Assembly: GCA_031254715.1 (NCBI GenBank)
Contig: JAIRTY010000391.1
Span: 1-29,340 of the forward strand
DNA: 29,340 nucleotides
DNA from: Nocardiopsaceae bacterium
Lineage (GTDB): Bacteria > Actinomycetota > Actinomycetes > Streptosporangiales > Streptosporangiaceae
Direction of reading: 5' to 3'
Shown: positions 16,520 through 25,413 of the stretch, piece by piece
Layout of the letters: each line of letters begins with the position of its first letter
How positions within the stretch are numbered: the first letter of the stretch is position 1
Program-made: the position numbers and the translations under genes
Notes under the pieces: model-generated
Told to the model about the DNA's origin: nothing
The model's database searches: none
The model's input: only the letters and a program-made list of their open reading frames with translations

Positions 16520-17776
16520 CTAGGGACTGAGATCCTCAAGCAGAGCGTCGAGCGTGAGTTCCTCCTCGATGCGGACGTTGCGGTGGCGCATGGCGGCGGC
16601 GAGTTCCGGGTCCCATGGCGTCGCGGCCGGCTCGCCAGCCAGTGGTGCGGGTAGCCGCGCCGCCGACACCGCAGCTTCGTAGGCCTGGCAGTCGTACCGC
16701 CACGGCCGCCAGCTCACCCGCTGCCGCACGGTAGCGGCGATCCGGGCGCCGCCCCAGTCGAAGTCGCCGTGATAGCCGAACTCGGCACCGTCCGCGGCGA
16801 GTAGCTCGAGCAGCCGCCAGGCGGCGGCGGATGGCTGGCCGCCGACGCAGACCAGCGGCTGGCATCTGGCGCCGAGCTGCTCAGCGGCGGCGGCGACCAC
16901 CACCGGGTTCTCGCAGATCCGTACCCGAGCGACGCACAGCGGCTGGTCATGGCAGCGGAGCTGGCGGAGGGTGAGCATGGTCGGCTGTCCGGCATCGTGG
17001 CATGAGGCGAGGGTCCGGCCGAGGGCGGTGTGCAGATCGCCGGGGAGGCCGATGCTGAGCACGAGCGAGGAGAGCTCGTCGAGGTGAACTCCGACGGCGG
17101 CCCAGGCGGCTCGACGGGATTCGGCAGCTCCCTCACCGGCGAAGGGCAGGCCGGCGAGCGCGCGGACGGCAGACAGCACGAGGGTGGCGACGGGGCGTCC
17201 GTCGTCGAGGGCGTGGGCATCGCCGCAGGATTCGGCGGCGAGCCGGCCGATGGGGACACCGGGCGAGGGTAGCCGCGGGAGCACGGCCGCGACCTGCGCC
17301 AGGAGCAGCCGCGCGTGGTCGGGTTCGGGAGCGAGGCGGCGCACCACGCCGGTCGCGTCGAGCCAGCCGCGCCAGCGCGCGAGCTCGGCACGGCCATCCA
17401 GCGCGGCGTCCAGTGGCGCGAACGCGGCGGCCCAGGCCGTGGCCAGGGCCGCCCGTTCCCGGTCGCGATCCCGGAACGGTCCGGTCAGCCGCGTCACTGC
17501 CTCGGCGAGCCCGCCTGGAGCGACCCCGCTGTCGCGCAGTATTCGGTCGACCTCGGTCAGGGACACCGACAGCGACGCCCCGTACCGGGCTGCCCGGCCG
17601 GTCAGCCGCTCGACGGCGCGGCGCTGCTCGTCGGTGGCGTCGGTCAGGGTGACGGTGCCGGTCAGGGCACGGCCGGCTTCCAGCCGGTTCCGGGCCCGCT
17701 GCACGAGCCACACCACGGACTCGTCACCGAGCAGGCGGTGCAGCCTGGCGTCGGCCTCGGTGGATGTCGCTGTCAC
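16520..17776 (-). CDS. jetD: Wadjet type II JetD, TOPRIM-domain nuclease (TIGR02679; DUF3323 + DUF2399)
   Basis: 418 aa from a GTG overlapping the jetC TGA (GTGA). TOPRIM acidic motifs ICENPVV and YHGDFDWGG; C-terminal IEEE. Confidence 0.85.
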   Translation of the reverse strand: MTATSTEADARLHRLLGDESVVWLVQRARNRLEAGRALTGTVTLTDATDEQRRAVERLTGRAARYGASLSVSLTEVDRILRDSGVAPGGLAEAVTRLTGPFRDRDRERAALATAWAAAFAPLDAALDGRAELARWRGWLDATGVVRRLAPEPDHARLLLAQVAAVLPRLPSPGVPIGRLAAESCGDAHALDDGRPVATLVLSAVRALAGLPFAGEGAAESRRAAWAAVGVHLDELSSLVLSIGLPGDLHTALGRTLASCHDAGQPTMLTLRQLRCHDQPLCVARVRICENPVVVAAAAEQLGARCQPLVCVGGQPSAAAWRLLELLAADGAEFGYHGDFDWGGARIAATVRQRVSWRPWRYDCQAYEAAVSAARLPAPLAGEPAATPWDPELAAAMRHRNVRIEEELTLDALLEDLSP

Positions 17777-20700
17777 ACCGGCACCCGGTCGGCCCGGCGC
17801 CGCTCCTGGCCGTCCCACCGCCACGGCGTGACGAGGACCGCGTCGACGCCGTCCCGCCGCGCGAGCTGGCAGATCCCCAGCCCTGGCACCTGCGGGTAGC
17901 AGCCCCACTCCCGCTCGCTGGTCATGACCACATCCATATCGAACGTGGCCAGCAGCCCGAGGCACTTCGCGCGGGAGTCGTCATCGACTCCGGCGAAGGC
18001 TTCGTCCAGCGCGATGAGCCGCGGCGCATGCGGGTTCCCGGCAGACTTGTAGTGTGCCGACGCCGCGGCGAACAGCGGCACGGAGGCGGCCAGTGCCCGC
18101 TCGCCGCCCGAGGCCGGGCCGACGGCGGGACGCCACTGCCCGTCGGAGTAACGCTGGATCACGAACTCATGCCACTTCCGGTAGTCGAGCGCGGCCGTCA
18201 GCGCCTCGGCCCAGCCGACCGCGGGGTTGCCGGCGTGCTCGGCGGCGATGCACCGCTGCAGGAACGCCCCCACGGCGGTGCGGTCGGCGGCAGACCACGC
18301 GTCGATGGTCTGGCGCAACTTGTGCCGGATCACCTCAAGTCCGTCCGGTGCGTCCCGCGCCTGCCGCCAGGTCAACCGCAGCTTCATCCCGGTCGACGTC
18401 GGCCGGGACTCCAGTTCCTCGTTCATCTGCCTGACCTCGGCCTCAGCCGCCGTCATCAGCTCGTGCAGCGTCCCCGCCACCTCATTGAGCAGGTGATTCT
18501 CAAGAATCTCCTGTTCCCTGGCGGACAGCAGCCGGGCCCGCTGCTCCGCTTCCTCGCCGAGGGCTGCGGCAAGCCCGGGAATGTCGTGAGTGCGGCCCTG
18601 GAACACCACGTCCACCACCATGATCCCGTCGCGCACCGTCAGCCCGGCCGAATGGCCGTGCCGGGCCATCGCGTCGGCCAGCAGCTTGTGTTCCTCGTTG
18701 ACCTTTTGCTGCACTCGGCCCCACTGGCCGTCCGCGTCGTCGGTGTCCTCCAGTGCGGCGTTGACGGCCCGGGCGAGGAGGACGGCGGGAGTCGGCGGCC
18801 ACGGCTCGGCCGGATCGGGGACCTCCAGTTCCGGCAGCGCGATCCGCAGCACTCCGCTCGCGGCGAACGACTGGAACTCCGCGACCGCGGCGTCGCGGAC
18901 CCGGATCGCCTCATCGATCTCGGTGCGCAGCGTGTCCCGTTTCCCCTCGGCCTTGCCGCGGTCGCTGATCGCCTGCTGTTCAAGCTCGCGCGCCGCCCGC
19001 TCGTCGGAGTTGCGGCGTGCGGTATCCCTGTGGAGCTCGGCCAGTTTCCGGTTCAGCTCTTCGACCGCGGCACCGGCGGTCTCCAGTAGCGCCTCGTACA
19101 GCACCTGCGCGGCGGTTGCCCGCTCCCGAGCCATGGCCGCCAGCTCGGCGGCCTCGGTGAGGCGTTCCTGGGTCTCGGAGAGCTCCGCCTCGGCCTCGTC
19201 GGCGTGCCGCCGCGCGGTCTGGAACGCCTCCGCGGCGGGCCACAGCGCAGCGAGCGCCACCCGGTAGTCCCCCAGCCCCGTCCGGACGGCGGCTAGCTCC
19301 GCCGGGTCCGCGGGCAGCCGGGTATCGGTGGCGAAGTCGTCCGCTGCGACCTGGGCAGCCTCCAGCTCCTCCTGCCGTACGCCATGCGCGCGTTCCGCCC
19401 CGGCGCGCGAGCCCCGCAGCTCCTGGCGGCGCTTGCGCTGCTCGGCGGCCCTGGTGTGCGCCTCGCGCACCGCCGCATCCGGTGGCACCGTGCGATGCTC
19501 GGCGGCCAGCCGCTCCTTGCGACCATCGAGCTCGGCCAGTGCTGCGCCCAGCGCGGCGATCTCGTTGTCCAGCTCGGCCAGCTCGGCGGTCAGCCGGGCG
19601 ATCCGTTCCCGGCGCGCCGTCTGTCGAGCGCCCTCTCCGATATGGCCGGCCGCGTCCTTGTGCCAGCTCCCGGCCAGCACCCCATTCGCCCAGCGCCCGT
19701 CGACGGCCACCCACGCGCCGCCGGTGCCCTCGCCCGCGCGGGCGCCTTCGCCCGTGCTATTGCCATCCGCCAGTCCGATCGCGGCCAGGGCGGCACGGAC
19801 GGCAGCCTCCGGCAGGGCCGCGGCCTGCGGGTCGGCGGAGTTGACCGCCGGGACCAGCACGGTGTCGCAGGACGCCCCGGCGACCGGGTGCCGCCCGCTC
19901 GCCAGCACGACGTCGCCCGCGAGGAGGTCGCCGTCGGGAGTGAGCCAGGCGTCGAGTACACCCGCCGCCTCCAGCGCGGCCTCCAGGCCCGCTCGGTGCC
20001 CCTCGGGCACGCCGGGCGCGAAGTCGGTCACCTGCCACAGCGGCGCTCCCTGACGTGTGTCGCGGACCTGCGGATCCCTAGTGTGCGGTGCCGGCGGACC
20101 GTCGTGGCCCCCGGCTTCCAGGCGTCTGATCTCCGCCGTCAGCTCGGCCGCGGTCGCCGTGACAGCGTCCCTGCGGGCGGATAGCTGCGCGTGCTGGCGG
20201 CCCAGCGCGTCCACCGCGGCACGGGCCGCGTCGTCGACCACCCGCGGGGCCGGGTTGTCCCCGTCGCCGGCCGCCGCCCAGTCGGCGACCAGCGCGATCA
20301 GCTCGTCGGGGTCGTGGACCCGCAGCTCGGTGAGCCCGGCGAGATAGGCGCGGTAGGCGTCTGTTAGTTTCGCGGCCTGCGCGGCGGCGGTGTGCTCCGC
20401 CGCGGCGACCCGGTCGCTGGCCGCCTGGATCTCCGCGGTGAGCCGCTCCACCTCGGCTCGGGCCGCCTCGAGCGCCGACCGGCGGGCGGCGACCTCAGCG
20501 AGCAGACGCTCCAGCTCCCCGATCGCCGATGCCTTCTGGTCGATGATCTCCTGGGCGGAGCGCCGGGCCTGCGGCAGGTCCTCCTGCCAGCCCTCGGTAG
20601 CCGCGTGATGTCCCGGCACGCATCGGGCCGCCGCTGCAGCGGTGCCGGCGGCCTCTTGCGCGTCGCGAAGTCCAGCCTCGGCGGCCGACGCTCCCTGCGC

Positions 20701-21852
20701 GGCCTCGCTGGCCATAGTCGTGCGGCGGGTCAGTTCCGCAGTCAGCCGGCCGACGGCCTGCTCCCGTTCGTCGGCCATCTCGCCCTGCTGGCCAGCGTCC
20801 TCACGGCGGCGGTCCAGTTCCCGCGCGTCACGCATCGCCGGGTCCTGCGCCAGCGCCTCACGCCGCGCCTCCAGCCTGATCCGCTCACTATCGAGTTCTT
20901 CCAGCTCCCTTCTTGCCGCGCGCAGCTCCGCGTCCGATGCCTCGTAGGCCTCCTCCGCCGCGGTCAGGTCCCGGCCGAGCTGCTCGTACCTGCTGTGCGC
21001 CTGACGTGGCCCGGCCGCCTTGCGCTTGGCGGCGACGTTCGCGTACCGACGGTAGTGCCGCAGGAATTCCGTCGCGGCGGTGCGAGTCTCCTGCAGCGCC
21101 CGGAGCGCGTCGCGCTCCTCGTCCAGCCCGCGGAACGCCTCGGCCACCGTCTGCACCAAGCCCGGACTCAGCGGCGGCAGCGCCTCGGTGAGCGCACGCG
21201 ACAGCAGCCTCTCGTCGGGCCTCTTGGACAACTGCGGCTGCCGGAGCTGGATGAGCAGGTTGATCAGCGCCGCATAGCGGTGCTCGCCGAGCCCGAACAT
21301 CGCTTCGTCCACTGCCCGCCGGTAGTCGGCGGCCCGGTCGTACACCAGCCCGTGCGAGTCGATCTCCTCGCGCAGCTTTTCCCTGGTCAGCGGCACCCTG
21401 CTGGCGGGGAGCAGGTGGAGGCCCCCGCCCCCGCCGGCGCCGACGCGCTGGGTCGTAACGAAGAACCAGTGGCGCGCGATGCCGCGGCCGGCGACGGCCT
21501 TGAGGCCACAGCCGATGGTGCGGAACTCGGTGGTCCCGTCGGGGGCGCGACGACCGAACTCGAGCCAGGCGTACCCGAGGCGTTCTGGATGTGGGTGCTT
21601 ACCGCCGAGCAGCAGGTTCCACTCCATCTTCTTCTGCCGGTCGCCGTCCGGCTCGACCCGGTGCGGCGCGAGTTCCCCGTCCAGCAGGAACGGCAGCGTC
21701 AGCGCGAGCACCTTGGACTTGCCGGTGCCGTTGTTGCCGCGCAACAGCAGCCGGCCGTCATGGAACCAGAACTCCTCGGCGTCGTAGTAGAACATGTCGA
21801 TCAGTCCGGCCCGCAACGGCTTCCATCGGTCAGAAGAGGGCTCTGGCAGCAT
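17773..21852 (-). CDS. jetC: Wadjet type II JetC, SMC/MukB-like ATPase (TIGR02680)
   Basis: 1359 aa. Walker A GNNGTGKS, long coiled coils, signature SGGE, Walker B/D-loop LIALDEAFAGVD. Confidence 0.92.
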   Translation of the reverse strand: MLPEPSSDRWKPLRAGLIDMFYYDAEEFWFHDGRLLLRGNNGTGKSKVLALTLPFLLDGELAPHRVEPDGDRQKKMEWNLLLGGKHPHPERLGYAWLEFGRRAPDGTTEFRTIGCGLKAVAGRGIARHWFFVTTQRVGAGGGGGLHLLPASRVPLTREKLREEIDSHGLVYDRAADYRRAVDEAMFGLGEHRYAALINLLIQLRQPQLSKRPDERLLSRALTEALPPLSPGLVQTVAEAFRGLDEERDALRALQETRTAATEFLRHYRRYANVAAKRKAAGPRQAHSRYEQLGRDLTAAEEAYEASDAELRAARRELEELDSERIRLEARREALAQDPAMRDARELDRRREDAGQQGEMADEREQAVGRLTAELTRRTTMASEAAQGASAAEAGLRDAQEAAGTAAAAARCVPGHHAATEGWQEDLPQARRSAQEIIDQKASAIGELERLLAEVAARRSALEAARAEVERLTAEIQAASDRVAAAEHTAAAQAAKLTDAYRAYLAGLTELRVHDPDELIALVADWAAAGDGDNPAPRVVDDAARAAVDALGRQHAQLSARRDAVTATAAELTAEIRRLEAGGHDGPPAPHTRDPQVRDTRQGAPLWQVTDFAPGVPEGHRAGLEAALEAAGVLDAWLTPDGDLLAGDVVLASGRHPVAGASCDTVLVPAVNSADPQAAALPEAAVRAALAAIGLADGNSTGEGARAGEGTGGAWVAVDGRWANGVLAGSWHKDAAGHIGEGARQTARRERIARLTAELAELDNEIAALGAALAELDGRKERLAAEHRTVPPDAAVREAHTRAAEQRKRRQELRGSRAGAERAHGVRQEELEAAQVAADDFATDTRLPADPAELAAVRTGLGDYRVALAALWPAAEAFQTARRHADEAEAELSETQERLTEAAELAAMARERATAAQVLYEALLETAGAAVEELNRKLAELHRDTARRNSDERAARELEQQAISDRGKAEGKRDTLRTEIDEAIRVRDAAVAEFQSFAASGVLRIALPELEVPDPAEPWPPTPAVLLARAVNAALEDTDDADGQWGRVQQKVNEEHKLLADAMARHGHSAGLTVRDGIMVVDVVFQGRTHDIPGLAAALGEEAEQRARLLSAREQEILENHLLNEVAGTLHELMTAAEAEVRQMNEELESRPTSTGMKLRLTWRQARDAPDGLEVIRHKLRQTIDAWSAADRTAVGAFLQRCIAAEHAGNPAVGWAEALTAALDYRKWHEFVIQRYSDGQWRPAVGPASGGERALAASVPLFAAASAHYKSAGNPHAPRLIALDEAFAGVDDDSRAKCLGLLATFDMDVVMTSEREWGCYPQVPGLGICQLARRDGVDAVLVTPWRWDGQERRRADRVPV

Positions 21853-23026
21853 CGGCTGTCGCCTTTCCCGGTTCGCGGATGGTCGGCTGGACCAGGGCGA
21901 AGCGCGCGATCGCAGGCCGGCTGCGAACGACCGGCCCGGCCACCTCGGCCAGCCGCAGTGCGGACAGCTTCTCCAGCGCGGTCGTGAGCAGCTCCGCCTC
22001 CGCGCCCGGCTCGGTCACCCCCTTGCGCCAGTAGCTGGCGTGCTCGGCGGCGGCCCGCCGCACGAAGGCGTGCAGCTCGTCGATTGTCGCCTGTTCCCGG
22101 CGGGCCAGGTGCTCGGCGACCAGCAGCGTGACATGCCCGTCGGTGCGCTGCTCTGGCATCCGCACGTCGGTCAGCTCGTCGTCCGGATCCACCATGGCGA
22201 TCCCCTCGGCACGCATCTCGGCGAAGAGCCCGGTGGCGTCGGCGATCCGCCGGGTGATCGCATGCCGCTGGGACAGCAGGTAGGCGCGTTCATCGTCATC
22301 GAGTTCGTCGTAATACACGACGGGGTCGTCAAGCAGCCGCCGGGTCAGCCGCCGGCGGAACTCCTGATTGCGCAGTTCGTCGGTATCGGCGACCGGCGGG
22401 CTGGGCAGTTCCGGGAGGCGGCCTGAGGACGTCGTTGCGGTCGCGGTGGAGGGCCCGCGGGAGCCGGACAGCAACACGCCCAGCACCGGCCTGCGCACGT
22501 CATACAGCACGTCGGCCCCGGCCGACAGGTACGCGTCCTCATCCCCGGCGACCCGGCTCAGCACGCCCCAGCCGAGCAGCAGGCGCACGACCGCTACCAG
22601 GTCGGACCGGTCGGCCCGGCTGTCCAGGGTCAAGGTAAACCCCGTCCAGGCCAGCTCCGGCTCGGCGGCGGCGGTGAGCATGTCATCGGCGAGGCTGCCG
22701 AGCGTGGTCTGCGCGTCGGCCCGGGCGAGCGCCGACAGGGCCAGGCACAAGGTGACGTACCGGCGCCGACCGAATGGCTCCTTGTTGTTCCCGCGCGCGG
22801 GGTGAGTAGCGTCCGAGGGCACCGTGGCGGTCTTGAACAGCCGGGCCGTCTCCGAGTCCGCGGCCAGGCGCCATCCGGTCTCGCGGTTCAGCCACTCTCG
22901 CAGTTCCGTCAGGTGTCGCCTGACGAGGACGAGCGCCTCGCCGTCGCTGTCGGCGACCAGCAACGGCCTGGCCAGCAGGGCGCGGAGCGCGGCGGCGCGC
23001 TGCGCCTGTTCCTCGGCCGGGATCAT
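21830..23026 (-). CDS. jetB: Wadjet type II JetB (TIGR02678, DUF2398)
   Basis: 398 aa. ALRALLARPLL, RETGWRL, RRLLDDPVVY, EMRAEG. Overlaps both neighbours in the operon. Confidence 0.85.
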   Translation of the reverse strand: MIPAEEQAQRAAALRALLARPLLVADSDGEALVLVRRHLTELREWLNRETGWRLAADSETARLFKTATVPSDATHPARGNNKEPFGRRRYVTLCLALSALARADAQTTLGSLADDMLTAAAEPELAWTGFTLTLDSRADRSDLVAVVRLLLGWGVLSRVAGDEDAYLSAGADVLYDVRRPVLGVLLSGSRGPSTATATTSSGRLPELPSPPVADTDELRNQEFRRRLTRRLLDDPVVYYDELDDDERAYLLSQRHAITRRIADATGLFAEMRAEGIAMVDPDDELTDVRMPEQRTDGHVTLLVAEHLARREQATIDELHAFVRRAAAEHASYWRKGVTEPGAEAELLTTALEKLSALRLAEVAGPVVRSRPAIARFALVQPTIREPGKATADAARALF

Positions 23027-24591
23027 GACGGGGCCAGGTCCGTGATCTCGATGACGTGCTCCGGGCCCCTGAGAACGCCATCGGCGGTGCGGATCCTCGC
23101 CGTCCCGCCGTCCGGGACCAGCGACAGCCGGACCTCCAGCGTGCCGTCGCTCGTGACGGTCTTCACCTCGGTATCACCCGGCGCGCGGGCCGCCAGCGCG
23201 TCGCCGAGCAGCGCCAGGAACAGCCGGAACGCCCTGGGTTCCAGCACGTCGAGGCCGGACAGCAGCGCCGGCCCTGCGGTGGGGAGCTGCCGCCGGGCTG
23301 CGGCGGTCTCGGTCGCCTCGCGTTCCGCCTGCCTGCGCAGGAGCTCCCGCTCCGCCGACCGGTCCCGCACCTGGTTCGGCTTGCCGCGCCGCTCGTAGGC
23401 CCCGGTCTTCCTCAGTTGCGGGGAGATGCGGATGGGCGGTGCATCTCGCCACGCAGTCCCGGGTGGAAGGTCCTGCCAGGCATCGGTGGTATCGCTGGTA
23501 ACGGACAGGTGCCGGGCTGGGCTCATGCCAAACGCCGCCCGCCACAGGCGGTGGGCGGCCTGGTCATCGGGGGCCTCGGCGAACCACCGGGCGAGCGCGC
23601 GGAAGTCCGCCGAGCGATCCGAACGTCCCGAGCGCCGCTCGTTGAGCAGGCCCACCGCGTCGATGAGCTGCTTGATCGCGGTAACGGCGGCCTGGCGCAG
23701 CAATCGGGCCTGCGAGGGATGCCCCGCGTCCCGCGACGTGAACCAGTCATCCAGCCCCCGCCACCGGTTCCGCCACCCGTCGAGCGCCCGTTTCTCCGCC
23801 ATGCCCAGCGATTCGGCGGCGTCGCCGCCCTCGGGAACCGCGTCGGCCGCCTCCCGCCGCGCGCCGAGCTCGAGCAGCCGGTCGTGACCGGCAGCCTCCA
23901 GGTCCTTGAGCAGCAATGCGATCTGGGCGCCGCGGTTGGCCAGGTCCGCGATGAACCTGTTGATGTAGTCGATCAGCCGTTCCTTGTAGGCGAGGAAGCC
24001 GTCGACGTCCCCGTCCGAGAAGTCGATCGCGCGCCGCAACGCGGACATGAACGCCTGCGCGTTGTCCGCCAGTGAGGAGAACCGCTCCGCCACGGACAGC
24101 AGCAGCAGGTGGACCTTGGCCGGATCGGGATCGGGATCGGTGGCGAGAACGTGCAGCGACCGCAGCCGGTCGGCAATGTCGGCCAGGGCCACCGACTGCA
24201 GCTGCCCGCGCCGGCCGATGGCTTCCTCATAGAAGGCGATGGCCTGTTCGGCCGCCTGCCCGGCACCGGTGAGCTGGTACAGGCACCGCTTGCGGTGAAA
24301 GTCCTCCACCGTGGTAACCCGGCTGGTGTCGACATCCGCACGCAGGTTCCCCCAGATCACAAGCTGGTCCAGGGCCAAGGTGAGCTGCTCGTCGGCATCG
24401 ATGCGCAGCTCAGCTGCGACGTCCTCGGGTCGCAGGTGCACGATGAAGCGTTCCTTCGCCCGCGCGAAGGTGCGCAGCAGGCTTCGGTAAAGGTCAGCGT
24501 TCGGGACGCCCAGGTGCGTAAACGGCTGTGGCTCGCCCTGGCCGTGCGCCGGCTGAGGGGGTCCGGTAACCACTCCTACATCCTGGCGCAC
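23023..24591 (-). CDS. jetA: Wadjet type II JetA, kleisin-like (TIGR02677, DUF2397)
   Basis: About 522 aa. WGNL, FLAYKERLIDY, RSADFRALARWFA, AAFG, ISPQLR. First gene of the operon, ATGA overlap with jetB. Start position is approximate. Confidence 0.85.
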   Translation of the reverse strand: MRQDVGVVTGPPQPAHGQGEPQPFTHLGVPNADLYRSLLRTFARAKERFIVHLRPEDVAAELRIDADEQLTLALDQLVIWGNLRADVDTSRVTTVEDFHRKRCLYQLTGAGQAAEQAIAFYEEAIGRRGQLQSVALADIADRLRSLHVLATDPDPDPAKVHLLLLSVAERFSSLADNAQAFMSALRRAIDFSDGDVDGFLAYKERLIDYINRFIADLANRGAQIALLLKDLEAAGHDRLLELGARREAADAVPEGGDAAESLGMAEKRALDGWRNRWRGLDDWFTSRDAGHPSQARLLRQAAVTAIKQLIDAVGLLNERRSGRSDRSADFRALARWFAEAPDDQAAHRLWRAAFGMSPARHLSVTSDTTDAWQDLPPGTAWRDAPPIRISPQLRKTGAYERRGKPNQVRDRSAERELLRRQAEREATETAAARRQLPTAGPALLSGLDVLEPRAFRLFLALLGDALAARAPGDTEVKTVTSDGTLEVRLSLVPDGGTARIRTADGVLRGPEHVIEITDLAPS

Positions 24592-24963
24592 CCTTCCGAC
24601 AGAATGTCCGCAACCCGCCGCCGCCCATCAGCCGGCATCGATTGACCGCTGATCTCTCCCCCGCCGTAGCTCCACGCTGATTCGGGGGTTGGGGCCAGGT
24701 GCGCCTGGCCTGGTCTTCGGCGGAGGTGGTCGATGCGGACCTTTCATGGTTCGTCGCTGGAGCGGACGGCCCTGATCCGCCCACGCGGGGCTGACCCAGA
24801 TCTACACGGCGGTGTTGTGCTCAGCGGCTTCAGCACCGAGGACTCCAGGAGATCGTCAGAACCGCACAGGCAGCTCAGCCGGCCCTGCCGGAACCCGGTG
24901 GCGGTGTCACAGCCCCGTAGCCTCTGCCGCCTTTAGTCTTGCATCGGGACGCCCCGGGTATGC

Positions 24964-24988
24964 AATTATATCGTGTAACGATATAATT
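24964..24988. promoter_or_regulatory. AT-rich perfect inverted repeat, probable transcription-factor operator
   Basis: AATTATATCGT-gta-ACGATATAATT (11-bp arms) in an otherwise GC-rich intergenic region. Confidence 0.6.
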
Positions 24989-25039
24989 TTGCACGTGTGC
25001 TGCAACGAGGGCGCCTGGGCATGGCCGCGGATCCATGCC

Positions 25040-25410
25040 GGGCGGTCGGGCGCGCCGGCCGCGGACGGCGTTCATGGCGGGGGCCGCGGAGAGCCGCTCA
25101 CGCTGGTCGTCATGGGCGGCTCGCTCGCCGCCGGGCCCGGCGCCGATCAGCCCGGCCGGACACCGGGGACATCGCTGGCAGCGGGGGTAGCCTGCGCGGC
25201 AGGCCGGCCGGTCCGGTTGCAGACGGTGGCGCGCAGCGGGGTCCGCACCCGTGACCTTCCGGTTCAGCTCGAGGTGGCGAGAGAAGCCCTTCCGGCAGCC
25301 GCGGTGATCGTCGTCGGCGGCAACGACATTACGCAATGACACGGCGCACGGCCGCTCAGGCGGCAGCCAGGGTCGCGGCCGGCGCCGTGCCGAGCCTGTG
25401 GCTGGCCTGC
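25040..25410 (+). pseudogene. Degenerate SGNH/GDSL hydrolase
   Basis: APAADGVHGGGRGEPLTLVVMGGSLAAG (block I, GDS changed to GGS), VARSG (block II), VGGND (block III), then TGA at 25337-25339. The following frame (RRTAAQAAARVAAGAV) resembles later SGNH sequence. No block V and no in-frame start. Confidence 0.65.
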
Positions 25411-25413
25411 AGC

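Noticed and set aside
24592-24960. Search for tRNA, att site, integrase or riboswitch bordering the Wadjet operon
   Set aside because: No cloverleaf, direct repeat pair or conserved riboswitch motif was recognisable by eye. A covariance-model scan would be needed to exclude a structured RNA.
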